64,000 nt of DNA from Eledone cirrhosa. Its lineage: Eukaryota. Numbering within the stretch: position 1 is the first letter of the stretch; the number at the start of each line of letters is the position of its first letter. A program made the position numbers and the translations under genes. The stretch is from assembly GCA_964016885.1 (NCBI GenBank), contig OZ024742.1, positions 306,714,001 through 306,778,000 on the forward strand, given 5' to 3'. Below the pieces are notes generated by a model that saw only the letters and a list, made by a program, of their open reading frames with translations, was not told the DNA's origin and made no database searches. This document shows, in pieces, positions 10,681 through 26,389 of this stretch.

Positions 10681-13047
10681 CAGTGTGTAACGAAGCATGC
10701 AATAACGTGTGAAAATATATACACATATCTAATATGTGGGCATGTAAACATCAGAAAATAGACAGAACTGATAGAGCCGTTGAATTACCCACAAGAAGTC
10801 AATAAAATGCAAGAGTGCAAGAATAAATAAACAGTATTAGATTATGCAATATTAAGATGTAAAGGACAATCAACAAACATCTGGAAATGGCTGTACCATG
10901 GATTAAGTTTTAAAATAATATAATTCTATAATATTTGGCAATAACGAAACACCAGCGGTTTTGTTCCGCAAAATAGTGGAATTTACCTTTTATCTTTCAG
11001 TATTCAATAAAAAATGTACCAGTCATTTACTAGGGTTGTTGCTTACACTATATCTTTTTCTCACTTCTTCCCAACCACTATTTATCCTTCCCTGAAAGAA
11101 ATCAGCTGCGTTCAGACATGGTGATGTAATGGTCTCCGTCGGGTTTTAAATGCCCAAGACATGCTATATGTCACTACGGTTCCCATTTGATTCTATTATG
11201 ATTATCGTGTTCAAACCTATATTTGGCAATAAAAATGATGCGATTCATAGGTCTGCAGAGGCATAAACACTTTGTGTAGATTACGTTAATCGAAGTGTAG
11301 ATTACCCGAATCTTTTTATAATGGTTGCACAATGCCAACGGAGCTAACTGCTTGAGTATTTTCACAGCACCTGCCTTATTACTGTAAATATGTGACTTAA
11401 ATATCGGGTTGTCAATTGGACTCGGAGTTGTTAATTCATCGAAGCTGGACGGAAATAAGAGAAGCAATACGCACCCTGCTGACGTAATGGCTTTTGTCTT
11501 GATTGTCTTTGATAATGCAAGGAATCGACGTTCTAATACATCGAATTTTACGTAACTTCTAACCCTCTATGAATCACATGCTGTCATACACAGCCTCACT
11601 TCATTGTTTTTCTGCATCATATAACATCAGAAGATATTATTCTTACATTGGCAGATGCTTAGTTTAACCTGATATGACCTGAGGAGAAAGTGATCCTACT
11701 CACACGGATCTAACAGTAAACATTGTGCGTATTTCCCGAATTACCATTTCTACACACAAGTCTACACATGTTAATCTGTTTGTCCATTTACCGTTATTAG
11801 GCATACAATAAATACAATGTAAATTACAATATATTTTTCCTTCTAACTACATGTTTGGCCGTATTCTATCTCTACTCAATTTACCAAGTGAATATGCTTT
11901 GCTGAGAAGATCTTATAAAATCGAAACATTACTATTGCTTTCAGTTTTTTATGCACCCATACGCCCCCCCCCTACCCTCCTCTCTATTTCTCTCTCTCTA
12001 TATATATATATGTGTGTGGGTGTGTGTACGCATATATATATATAGAGAGAGACATAGAGATGCATATGCGCGTGTGTCTGTGCGTACATAAAAACTTTGA
12101 AGCAAGGCTCAAATTACTAGAACCGACATACAAACTGACGCACCAGGGAAACCTATAACTCCATCTTCGATTAGAGCCCCTGATCCTCTCACAAAGTTTT
12201 AAATCAGTGATTCTCCTATCTCCCTTACAATGTTGCTAGGTAGTCTGTCCACTATGAACGTTCAACGACAGGGCTATTCTTTTGTTTGTTAATGTAAATC
12301 ATTGTAATGTTAGCCTCGGTTTAACACTAACATTTTCATCAAAATAAATTGCACCATCTTATCACCTGCGAGTAAATCCGCTACGAATATTTTAATAACA
12401 AGCGTCCCGCTGACTATAACGTATCCGCGCAATGGATGGACTTGGTCATGTGTTTCTTGTTAAGCTGAACAATGGGTAATATTCGTTTGAACTAGACTTA
12501 ATTGCATGAATCGATAAAACCGGTTGGTTTCCGGATCAGATACTATTTCCTTTCTATTAAAATGTAAGCAGTAGCCATAGACAAAAATGAACACAGCTGG
12601 ATGTTATTGTAGATCATACTCAATCCGAGAATAATGTTTGCTGAGAGTAATTCCTCTGTTGTTGAAATATGGCAGTATAATCGGCTTGTTATAAAGTTTT
12701 ACTATAGCCGAACATCCACATAAATCTTATCCGCGACTCGATTTCCATTCTTGCTTGAGTGTATTATGCTTCATAGTACAACGCCTTTAATGTAAATATG
12801 TTTCATGCCAAACATGTAAATCTAGGAAATTTTACCTATTCAAATAATATTCATGACAACACATCATATAACTGACACAACATTTTTATGGTTGTTATTC
12901 TTTTCTAATTGAGAGATAGGCCATATATTAGCAGATAGTGATCGCAAATATAAAAAAAAAAACATCCTTATGTATTTGATTCTGGTGTGATTGATAAAAG
13001 GTATATTTAACCTAGAAAAAATATACCCCAAAGCAGAGATGAATAAT

Positions 13048-13052
<5 letters not shown>

Positions 13053-13135
<83 letters not shown>
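13053..13135. repeat. (CA)n microsatellite
   Basis: Direct reading. Confidence 0.98.
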
Positions 13136-13139
<4 letters not shown>

Positions 13140-14251
13140 TATATATACACAGAGGTGGTATTAATCCCCAGTTTATCTTGTTAAACTAAATAAATATATA
13201 TATACATATATATATATATATGGTAATAACTTTAAGTCGTTTGGAAGCCTCGACAATGCAAATGGGTAAATCTCCGAGTAACAAGATCCGGTGGTGGAGA
13301 GAGAGATGTAAGTGGGTGTACGTTGAGATGCGTGGCGTGTATGAGATGTGTAGAAGAATGAAGGAAAGAGTATAAAGGATAAAATAAAAATAACAACACG
13401 AGAGAGAGTTACCTTGGGAGAGATTTAATAGTCCCTATATATTTCGGATTCACATCCATCAACTGGGGTTTTTTTCCGAGGTGGGGGAAAGGTTGTCTGT
13501 CGGACAGGTGCGAAACGCGTCCTCCGCTGTTTGTTGTTTTGAATATATATATATATATTGGTAAAAGGAAAAGAAAATGCTGACAAATTGTTCCCAGTGA
13601 AAAATAGTTTAATTAGGAATAAGTAAAAATTAGTAATAGTATTGGTTAGTATTTAGTTTTGGTTTTAAGTTTTACCGGTTGCGCATTTCTAATGCTTTTC
13701 AAAAATAATTTTGAGATAGAGCGCCCGTGATGTTTGCTCTAATCTGATTAGTTTTGGAAATTCTACCTGTTTTATGTAAAAAAAAGTGGCTCCAGATGTA
13801 TGAACAAATTCTTGTGGTCAAAACAATTTTGATTGGTCGGTAGAGGTCATGTGAATGTTAAAAATTGATTTTGCGCCAAATGTAGGTTTGTCTCGGCTGA
13901 TTGAGAGGTCACTGAAAAATAAGTCTTTCAAGACAAATGTGTGTGTGTGTGTGTGTAGTAGTAGTAGTAGTAAAGAGGTTCGTTGTTGTGATAATGGCCA
14001 GCAGGGATGTGTGTGCGAACCGCAGCCTGTTGACAGTTCAAATGCCTATTAAGACAAGTGTATGTGTGTGTATGTGTGTGTGTGCGTGTGTGTGTAGCAG
14101 AGTAATTCATGGTAAAGGGATGGTCAGTAGGAATGTGTCTGTACGTGTGTGGGGGATATTTTAACATGTTAAAAGATATTTTTCAGCTCTTGTCTTATAC
14201 GGAGAAGTGTGTGTGTGTTTGTGTAACTCGTGTGTTACACCTCTATTCTTT

Positions 14252-14452
<201 letters not shown>

Positions 14453-15482
14453 AGGAAAAACCAAAGTCAACAGTTCAGATGATTCTAATAACTTCTACGT
14501 TCGTTTGAATTTCAACGAAAAAATATAGAATTAATGACTGGCAGATTAATTAAAGATTCTATCCAATCAAGTAAACACTTGCAATCATAAAAGATAAAAC
14601 TCACAGAAGAAAATGACCATAGGATTTGGAGAATGCATGTCCCAAAATTATACTAAGCTATGGTCAAAACATTATAGATATAAAGAAAGTCCTGAAAAAA
14701 AACACATATGACCAGAGGAAAGGGTAGTGTTTTTTTAAGTATCATATTTCGCATTGATAATTCTGTTCCACTTATTGACGTTTATTTGTTTACAAATAAC
14801 ATTGCAAAATGTTCACAATTCTTGCAAAAGGAACACAAATATAAACACATATAATAAATACAATTTGCTATTGCTAAGAACCTCACAAATATAGCGCACT
14901 AAAATATACGATCACAGCGAGAGGAAGAACACGAAAGACAGAAAAAGGAAACAAAGAGAAAAATGACCATCAATTCACCACCAAGTGTGACAATCGGCCG
15001 CACACCACAAGAGTCAACGAAAACCTCTAACAAGCCAATATGCTCACAGCATCACCAAAGGCGATGGTGAGGCCAAGGCGCTGAAACAATCGGGCACCAC
15101 CACGGGCACCACCTGACACATCATTAAGGTGAGACAGCAACGATGACAAAAACCTCGCTGTTGCCGGCCCAACTACACCAAATGTTCCGAACGCCGCAGG
15201 CCAGAAGGAAGTAATTTTTTTGCCTATCAGGCAAAAATTAAAGCCACAAAACTCTCTAATTTGATAATGGTTGCGGTATCCGAAGTATATCGGGACAAAT
15301 AAATATTTCCGAGTTAGTATTGTCTCTGATTCTTGCTTTACTCTCTAATTTTCAACATACCCTCTCTCATTCCTCACCCGATTTTGTTATCTTAATACTT
15401 ACCATCTCACCTGCAATGTAGCAGCTTCCAAGACATATCTTTTCATATCCAAACATGCTTCAAGCAAACTACAACACTCTCA

Positions 15483-15519
<37 letters not shown>

Positions 15520-15520
<1 letters not shown>

Positions 15521-15660
15521 ACGAAGGAAATGTGGTAAGGAACCAGGTGGACCATAACGCACCAAAGTACTCAATACTTGAGGTAGTAGAGTGGGTAATA
15601 GGAACCAGTAAGACCCCGACAGCTGAGCTCAAGCCGTTTCGACGGCTAATTCTGGACGTT
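15520..15660 (-). mobile_element. 3' tail fragment of the PLE family seen at 7400-7482 and 27793-27930
   Basis: Shares gtccagaa-tagccgtcgaaacggcttgagctc..gtcggggtc with 7425-7471 (reverse complement) and gtggtaaggaaccaggtggaccataacgcacc with 27802-27835. Flanked by (TA)n. Confidence 0.75.
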
Positions 15661-16116
15661 ATATATATGGACTATATATATATATATACACGCACATGTA
15701 TATATATATCTGGACTATATATATATATATACATATATACATAATTATTTATTTGATTTTATGTATCCTACATACCAAAGTGCATATTTTTATATGTATG
15801 AGTACGAGTGTGCGCCCACGGCGTGTGTCTGCTATACACCCATTCAGCTCCTGGAAACATGCTACCATTTTTTATCCTACACTTACTGCCTTGGAAACTA
15901 TTGTAAATCTTAAAGCACAAATTACTTCTGTCTATGATTTGGCGTTTTAATAATTTTCTTTAAATATTAACTTTTCTTTATTTGAAGCTCATACAATACG
16001 TTATACTTTGTAGATGTTCTTATTAAAATATCTTTTTGTTTTGAATGTTTAACAAAACTGCATCATTCGTTTTCCTCTCTCTCCCTCCAACTTTCTCTCT
16101 CACTGTGTCTAACCCT

Positions 16117-16363
<247 letters not shown>

Positions 16364-19300
16364 CTACGCGTGTGTGGTGTGACTATGTAAGAGATTGTGT
16401 TATGATATATTTTTCTTGTTCATTTCGCCTGTTCATTTCCGTCTAATTAGTTTTTTTTTTCCTTTACTTGTGACAATATTCTTATGTGGAAATCAATAAC
16501 AATAAAGTAATAATAATAATAATTATTATTATAGTAATATTATTATTATTAGAAATCATTGTTGCTATATTGTTTAGATAATATTTACTTTTTTGTTTTT
16601 TTAGTCTTTTCTTTTTCGCAATAAGGAATATACGCATGCCTTTTGACGCCGTGAATCACAATAAAGTAGAACATAGAATGTGTGAGATTTAATGGTTAGT
16701 ATCAGTTAATTTGAAAAATGCTTTTAATTAAAAGAATTATTCTAAGCATTTTATGCCTCTATATGTCACACAAGTAATTGGATCTGTTCCATGAGAATGT
16801 TACTTAGTTAGAGCGTGATGAGGCATCACATCAGGGGTGAGGTGTCAGAGCAGTGGCGAGGCGTCACAACTTAAATAAGCTAGTATTAAAGAGCAGTTGT
16901 TGTTTATGCTACCTCCCACCACTCCTCAACACTGTTCATGTTCAACTGTGAGGCAAGTATTGATTTTGACTTCGTCTATTGTTGTCGATTTCTGGCACTC
17001 CAGCAACAGCCTCCGGGGGGGGGGGGGGGTTCTTCAATGCAGATGGAGTTAAGATCTTTGATTGCTCTACTTTCTTTAGATGAAATTAAGAATTGTATAA
17101 ACTCCAGCCAACAACATGCCATTTATGATTACTTCATTTTTTACCAGCTGCACCTATTGATATGAAATTGCCGGCAAGCCAGGGATCATCATTCTGTGAA
17201 ACCACCGTTATACCACTCCATGGGCTGTGTTTTACGCTTTTGACCAGGTGTACCCCATTAAATCAACCGCTCTTTTCACCTCACTCATATAGATTACTAG
17301 TTTGTTCCTCTTCCAATGAGGGATATGCCTGGAGACTCTGCTGGAGCAGAAATAATATTGTTCAGGATCAGATTACACATAGTTGCCCCAGAGAGAAATT
17401 AATCCAGAAGGAACTGTACGAGAATATAAATAGATACAAATTTAGTCTTGAAAGTGAATTAAACTAAAATAAATCGAGTATATTTCATTCATAGATCAGT
17501 AACCTGTATAAATTTATCGATGTACGACAAGGAGAATCGCGTAAATCTTAAATTCCTTTGTTTATTTTAATGTGGACGAAAATCGTATTAGATCGCTATA
17601 TTCTATACTGAAACCGTATTAGATCGCTATATTCTATACTGAAACCGTATTTAACACTATATAACTCCTCTAAATATTTATCCATATCATCGCTCTTCCA
17701 TTTCTGTCTCTCTTCATTTAATGAGATATAATTAAACACAGAAATAATTTCAAACCACTCCAACTGATCATGTGTCTTGTTTATAAAATTATCATATGCG
17801 TTACTAAAATTTTCATATGCGTTACTAATACATGTAGCCTCTGTTTCATAGGCTATAATTTTATATGAAGTACTTATATAGAGATAATGCTTTACTCTTT
17901 GTTTATTCGTAATACCATACAGGAAACTGTTAACGCAAGACAAGGCTTTAACTTCTTGTGTAAATCTTACATTGCGAAATTAATTATTTTGACAGTGTAT
18001 TATTTCTCGCTCTATATCATTGTAATATTTACTCTCATTTTCTGAAGATGCTATCCTACGGCTGTCTGCTTCAAAGTGCACAGTTGAATTCATTATATGC
18101 TATTTATTCGTTAACCTTGTCCACTGAGGCTTTCTTCAGTATACTGTCAACGTTTCATATTATCCTCTTTGACAGTCTCCACATTTCTAGTTGAATTGTT
18201 GAAGGGAAATGTCATGTCTACGTATTTGCATCAGTTTAACAGCATATATATATTCATTTCCTCTTTCTCTCCCTTCTTCCCTCTCTCTCACTCACTCTCT
18301 CCCCATCTCGCTTTCTTCCTCTTTCCCTTCCATTTTCTCTCTCTTACTCTCACTTTCTCAATTTCTCTGAATCTGAAAACACACCTTTTCTCTAATGATT
18401 CATCGACAGTAATGAAGTGTCCTTTAGAAATCTTGAAAACTAAATGTATCTTTTAATCTTTCATTTCCAGTGTTTTACGCCAATAATTGTGATTTTTTCA
18501 TATATGGTTTACCTTGATTCTGAAGTAGATTATAATTATTTAGATTGAAATATACAATTCGTATTCAAGATAAATTATAAAGATGATTTTAAAATTAGTG
18601 CTTGTTTATTCATTTCTGTTGGAGAGAATCGCTGTCAATTTCTTCTATATACTATTGGTATTCATTCTGGTAACTCTTCTGATATTCGATTATTGTTAGT
18701 TACCAATATTTTCATAAGACCTCTATAAATATACAAAATATATAAATTGATTTTGGGTATAACATTAAATGACTTATTAGCACAGAAATTATTCAATGAA
18801 AACTACATATTTTCGTACGTTACAAATGACAGGAAAGGAACGTAGATATATTAAAGATATAACCCCATTTTAAATTATATACAAAAATATAATTTTGTGA
18901 TAGAATATATTTATGGTCAGTACAAATTGTTGGCAATTTACTTCTTGTAATGTAAATCTTGAAATTAATTTAAAGCTTTCAGAATCGCCAGAATTCATTT
19001 ACCCCAAATTTTTTTTTGCGAAATTCAGAAATTATACTTACTTAAAAAGGCAAAGCGAGATTTAAAACAAAAGTTTATCAAAATATTTTAGAACAAAATA
19101 GATAACATTTTCCGTATTTCTCCACGGAAAACGACGTGTGAATGTTTTCTGATAGAACGTTAATAGAAATAAGTATATGCTATTAGTCAATAAGATAAAT
19201 CCGTAAGCATGCTATATATTCAAAATCTCCGTTAGAACCTTCTTTAAATTATTAATAATACATCAGTAAACTATATTTGCGTCCTTGAAAAAGATCAAGT

Positions 19301-19949
19301 GTAAGGTGAGCCAATTCTTATTCACAGATTCAAGCGTTTCGTGTAATAAACGATTGAAAATAGTTGAGTGTTATGAAGCATGCCTAGGTAATGCTGATTA
19401 AGGTTCGAATGTGATGCAGTCAAAGAAAATGACTTTGAAGAGAGGAGAGTGAGATTAATAAATACTGATTTTGATGAGAGTAGGTGGGAACCTGCGTACC
19501 GAAAAGGAACTGTACGAGGTTTTATTAGCAGTGACACATAAACTAGTAAGGACGGATGAATTTACAATAATAAGAATAACACGAGAGATGTATTTAGAAA
19601 ATGTTTAAGTACATGAGAACTAGTTAAAATATGCTTTATCTATGAATAAACTGCTCTAACAGCTTACTATTTTCTTTGAAAGGATGTTATATTTAATGAA
19701 AATGTGTAATTCGCAGACTAAATGATTTGGAGTGATAGAGAGTTTAAAACATGTTGGTGTTTTGTAAGGTTCATCTGAATATGGATTAAGGAAAGAGAGA
19801 TTACATCATAACATTTCAAACGTTTCAGAAATGCTGTGAATAATTGGAATTGATGAAATAGTTAATGTTACTTGACTTAATATTCCAGTTAATCTAAGAC
19901 ATACGTTTTTAGTAAGAAGCGTATAAATGTTGTTTGTAGCGTAAACATT

Positions 19950-20136
19950 GTTTCTACTTTTGGCACAAGGCCAGCAATTACACCAGTGCATTACTGGTGC
20001 TTTATTTAATCGACCCTATAAGGATGAAAGGCAAAGTTAAACTCGGAGGGATTTGAACTCAGAACGTAAATGGCCATAACTCCATGCTGCAAAGCCTGGT
20101 GTCTGACGCTCTACCAATACTGCCAATCCACCGCCC
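19950..20136 (-). mobile_element. tRNA-derived SINE (same family as 9089)
   Basis: Reverse-complement match to 9089-9272. Confidence 0.85.
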
Positions 20137-20611
20137 TTGTAGTGTAATAATGTTAATATAATGAATGAAGCAGTGATCGTTTGGACAGTAGCGCATTAAA
20201 TAAAATCTTTTGGTGTAATTCACATTTTTTTTTTTACATTTCAACTTCTAAACTTTCAATTTGCAATACGTTCTCGTTTTTTTGTCATAATTACACATTT
20301 ACACATTCCCATAAATTCAAATGTTCCCCCGATTTGATATTTTTAGTACTCGAATCCTACCCCAGTCGATTTATTTATACCCTTTTTATCTCTCTCATTT
20401 GTATCATATAAACCCATACATTTTAAACGCGATATCTTTTAATTATTTCTCACTCTGATCTGACGATTGCAAAGACGAAACTTCTAAAAGCAAACTTGAA
20501 TTTATTATGGTTTAATGTTTAAATTACTCTACTTAGTGTTGAGATGTTTCTGTTCGGTTCTGCTTGTACTTCAGTATATCCAGTATAGTAACTCTATTAT
20601 CTCTCTCTGTA

Positions 20612-20675
<64 letters not shown>

Positions 20676-20717
20676 ATAATAATAATAATAAAATGTGGAG
20701 AGGAGGCACACGAGTTA

Positions 20718-20767
<50 letters not shown>

Positions 20768-20773
<6 letters not shown>

Positions 20774-23583
20774 ACAGGGTGAAAGAGACGATTATGTGGA
20801 AGAAAAAAAAATTTTTTCTCCTTTTTTTGTCTCTCTCTTTTTGCTGGGTTAGAAAATGATTAAAACGAAATGTTTTACTTTGTGTGAAGTGTTAAGGTAT
20901 TAGTTGATTTATTTATTATTTATCAATGGAATTTATTTATCTATTTATATATTTAATTATTGTCTATTACCGGTTTCTGCATTTATATGCATTATCAAAT
21001 GATAGTGAAATGTATGGTGTCGCACATGTTAAACAGAAGGTGCAGAAAGAATAATTTTATATACAAACAAGGATTAAGAAGTGAAAAGAAAAAGAAAAAT
21101 GAAAAAAAACGTGCATAATGTGGAACGTAAAAAGTCAATGTGGAAGAAAAAATAATGTTATTTACAAGCACAGTCATTGAAGTTAAGCAGTTCAAAATGT
21201 GTTAATATCGCAAGAGTGCTTAGTTGAACCATGGTTCCGTGAAGGAGGCAAATGGTGGACTGTGGTTTGATATGATTTCCCTTTTTAGAGAGTTAATGTT
21301 AATATGCAGGGGAAGCAATTCTTACTGGTTGATATTTAATTTATTTAAGAAAAAGGATTAGATAGGGTGTGAGGGAGGTAACTCTTGTAAATGTTTGATG
21401 GTTTGTTGCAGTTTTAGATTGGTCCGATTTTTAGAGCATTGAGTAGTGGTTAAAATATTAATGAAATGTGTTTCCTTATTGGTGCGTTGGGTGAAAGTAG
21501 CGTTGTCTATGAATTTGTAAATGGGGAAAATTTTAAAGTTTGGATGTTGGTTGAGAGCACAATTGGCAATATGTTCACTAAATGCAATCTTTCTGTATTC
21601 CTGTATTTTAATTTGTGATTTATGGACGGTCATACTTTGACGGAGGCTGTTTTTTGTCTGTCCTATGTAGTGCTCTTGACAACCTGAGCAGGCCAAAATA
21701 TAGATAATGTTTTCAGATGCACATGTAAAGTTGTGTTAAACTGTGAAACGTTGTCCTTGTTTAAAATGGAATGTTGAACCTTCTATTAGATTTATGCATA
21801 TGCCACAGTTGGGCCTTCCGCATTTTGTTACTGTAGGGTTTATTGTGAGGGTTTGTTGGATTTCGGCTTTTGTGAGGATTTTTTTTATGGATTTGGGTTT
21901 TCTTTTGCTCTTTATGATGTGTGTTTGGAGGATATTGTTCATTCTTGAGTCTCTTTTAGTAAAGGATTATTCTGGAGGATGGTGTCGAATGCCTCATTGT
22001 TGAGGGGGTTGTGTGTGGAGATGTATGGTAGAGTTTTTTGTTGCGGTTCACTCCTGGGTTTGGGGGTGTCTGAGTTCCTGGATGTCTAGTTTTAGGGCAC
22101 GTTGGATTCCATTGGTGATTAGGGATGGTGGGTAGTTTCTGATGATAAGTGTGTTTTTTAATTCTTCTAGTTGTGTGTAGCATGTGTATTTATATGAAAC
22201 TATTGTGCAGATCCTTCTGGTTAGGTTATAAGGAATTGTCATTTTGGTGTGTCTAGACATCCAGGAACTCAGACACCCCAAACACAGGAGTGAACCGCAA
22301 CAAAAAACTCTACCATACATCTCCACACACAACCCCCTCAACAATTAGGCATTCGACACCATCCTCCAGAACATTCCTTTACTAAAAAGAGACCCAAGAA
22401 TGAACAATATCCTCCAAACACACAACATCATAAAGAGAAAAAGACAACCCAAAAAAACATAAAAAACATCCTCATACAAGCCAAAATCCAACAATCCCTC
22501 ACAATAAAACCTACAGTAACAAAATGCGGACGGCCCAACTGTGGCATATGCTTAAATCTAATAGAAGGTTCAACATTCCATTTTAAATAAGGACAACGTT
22601 TCACAGTTTAACACAACTTTACATGTGCATCTGAAAACATTATCTATGTTTTGACCCGCTCAGGTTGTCAAGAGCACTACATAGGACAGACAAAAAACAG
22701 CCTCCGTCAAAGTATGACCGTCCATAAATCACAAATTAAAATACAGGAATACAGAAAGATTGCATTTAGTGAACATATTGCCAATTGTGCTCTCAACCAA
22801 CATCCAAACTTTAAAATTTTCCCCATTTACAAATTCATAGACAACGCTGCTTTCATCCAACGCACCAATAAGGAAACACATTTCATTAATAAATGTTAAC
22901 CACTACTCAATGCTCTAAAAATCGGACCAATCTAAAACTGCAACAAACCATCAAACATTTACAAGAGTTACCTCCCTCACACCCTATCTAATCCTTTTTC
23001 TTAAATAAATTAAATATCACCCAGCAAGAATTGCTTCCTCTGCATATTAACTCTCTAAAAAGGGAAATCATATCAAACCACAGTCCACCATTTGCCTCCT
23101 TCACGGAACCATGGTTCAACTAAGCACTCTTGCGATATTAACACATTTTGAACTGCTTAACTTCAATGACTGTGCTTGTAAATAACATTATTTTTTCTTC
23201 CACATTGACTTTTTACGTTCCACATTATGCACGTTTTTTTTCATTTTTCTTTTTCTTTTCACTTCTTAATCCTTGTTTGTATATAACATTATTCTTTCTG
23301 CACCTTCTGTTTAACATGTGCGACACCACACTAATATATTCACTATCATTTGATAATGCATAGAAATGCAGAAACCGGTAATAGACAATAATTAAATATA
23401 TAAATAAATAGATAAATAAATTCCATTGATAAATAATAAATAAATCAACTAATACCTTAACACTTCACACAAAGTAAAACATTTCGTTTTAATCATTTTC
23501 TAACCCAGAAAAAAGAGAGAGAGAGAAACAAAAAAAGGAAAAAAAAATATTTTTCTTCCTCATAATCGTCTCTTTCTCCCTGT

Positions 23584-23589
<6 letters not shown>
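20768..23589. mobile_element. PLE family C fold-back: minus arm 20768-~22250, plus arm ~22252-23589
   Basis: The arms are reverse complements encoding CGRPNCGIC..NIIY..CSGCQEHYIGQT..H (Cys-rich linker plus GIY-YIG). Both ends lie in (TA)n. Confidence 0.92.
23343..23384 (+). ncRNA. Degenerate minimal hammerhead in the family C tail (copy at ~20964-21005 on the minus strand)
   Basis: TTGATAA (degenerate CTGATGA), stem II tgcat/atgca, GAAA, palindromic ACCGGT stem III, GTA, ctat/atag stem I. Confidence 0.55.
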
Positions 23590-23627
<38 letters not shown>

Positions 23628-23677
23628 GAAAGGTATAGAAATTGTTTTAGCAAGAAGCTAACAGTATTTCATAACAC

Positions 23678-23751
<74 letters not shown>

Positions 23752-23801
23752 CTACCTCTCCTTTTCTCTATCTGTCTCTTTATACTCTTTATATATATAT
23801 G

Positions 23802-23887
<86 letters not shown>

Positions 23888-25120
23888 TACACAGAGAAAG
23901 AAGATATTGGATTACAAATACATAGAGATATAGATATAAAGAGAAAGTGACGGTGTGGTGAATAGATAGATATTTTATTATGACATCATGAGACAAGCTT
24001 AATTAAGAGCTTAGTAACATGAGCACTTTGCTTGTGGCCGAATATCAACACGTGGAATATGATAGTGGCATGAATTTCAATCGATCCACAAAGCTGGTAG
24101 AATATAAAGTATACTGTATCCCCCTATCCATAGCACTTATTTCTGCTATAACACTACCCAAATTAGAAAACTATACGTTTCACAGTAGTATTGTTTTTAG
24201 TCGTTATTTCGAAGAGGTTTACACAGATAATCATGTGACTATCACATGATACAAATTTCTGCGTAGAGATGCCGTATCTTCTTGACATTAAAGCCATGTG
24301 TATGACTTATAGCTTTCAATATTATATGATATTCCAACAGGGAATTTTATATGGGAGACGGAGATAGGAGATGTCTTTGATCACAGAGATACCAAATAAA
24401 TTAGTGTCATATTTGATCACAACAAAATTAATTAATACTTTCGAAAGGAATGTTAAAGACAATGTTATTTTGATTTATAATATGGAATATTTTGATCTAA
24501 TTTTATGTGTCTCTAGAAAGCATCTAAATTCGTTTTATCTTTTTACTTCAATATTTTCACTTTCTTTAATAATGTTATTCTCAAAATCAGAAATTCTTCC
24601 GTTTTTAGGAGACGAAAGCACCACTTTCTGGAGTAAGCACATAATAATTTCTAATTTTGTTTTAAGATCCAGGGAAGAATCGTTTCGTTCAATTTTTAGA
24701 AAGCCAAATATTTATACATTTGAATTTTTGAATTCGAACTATAGGGAAATTTACTGGTAAAATAGTGGGAATTAAATTGATAGAATGATATTTGGATCAA
24801 TGGTAAAGTTAATGGGTTTGTAAGTGTAATTAATAGTTAAGATATGATATATTAATAATTAGGAGAAACGAAATGAGGACGTGAAAAACATAAATGTAAT
24901 TCATGTGTGTTGGGAGACGTCATTACTATTTACGCATGTGTTTGAATGTGCCATATGTACCCATGTGTTTCTGTGCATAGACTCATTCTGAGATATTCAA
25001 CTGAAAAGTGTGTTACTCGAAGTGGATTTGAAGGATGCTAATTAATTTTATGCATTTTCTAGGAAAACTTCAACATAACTAAACTTATGTAGATATGTAT
25101 GCAGATAAGCATCGGGGCAT

Positions 25121-25155
<35 letters not shown>

Positions 25156-25395
25156 GGTGTACAAACACACACATGTATATACATATATACACATAGATAT
25201 TGTATAGATAAACACACACACACAGAGGCAGACATAGGAGAGTATGTATTCAATCATACATATTAAGAGATAAAGATAAGAATATCTTATGTATCAATAA
25301 ATATAATCTAGAACTAAATATATAGGTGCTTTCAATTTTTTCTTACACTCTCTCATGGACATATATACGCCGTATGCATGTATACTTAATTTTTA

Positions 25396-25449
<54 letters not shown>

Positions 25450-25572
25450 GTTGTGTATCTATATATATACAGGTAAGTAGGTAGGTAGATAGATAGTTAG
25501 GTAGATTTGACCATTTTAACACCTCTTTGTTTTCAGAGTATGTATCAAAACGGAGGTTGATACATATTGGGT

Positions 25573-25643
<71 letters not shown>

Positions 25644-25791
25644 TAGAGAGAGAGGTGTCAAAAGGCGAGTTGTGTAATTGAATAATCTCCCCTTTTCTTA
25701 ACTTACGTGAAATGTTAAATGTTTCAAATAATCCATATATGGTATTATAATTGGCGTATACAATAATATATACGTACATACATATGTATAT

Positions 25792-25823
<32 letters not shown>

Positions 25824-25904
25824 ACATATATATGAGTATGTATACATGTATGTATATATATATATATGTGTGTGTAAATATATATGAGTATGTATGCATG
25901 TATG

Positions 25905-25937
<33 letters not shown>

Positions 25938-26352
25938 CTATGTCTGTGTGTGTATGTGTGTGTATATATAATGCTAATAATTCAAGTGATATTGAGCCCA
26001 CATCCATACAATACAATCAAACCAAATAATAAGCAGCATTGTGTAGAAAAAGGTATAAATGAATATAACTATATTACGATGTAAGCAAGAAATTGTAATT
26101 ACTACTTTTCTAACTAGCTTCTTATTTGATAAACTGAACTCTTGTCTTTGTGTTTCGGTAAACATTATTGAATATCTTCGCCATATCGTTGTCATATCGA
26201 TAAAGGTTCGAGAATATATAATGTAATTATTTCTAAAAGTAAAAATAAAATCAGATAATATATAAGAAATAGATGGTGTGATAATATATATGAAGATACA
26301 TAAAGATATTTACAAACACAACACACATACACACATACACACGTATACGCAA

Positions 26353-26387
<35 letters not shown>

Positions 26388-26389
26388 AT

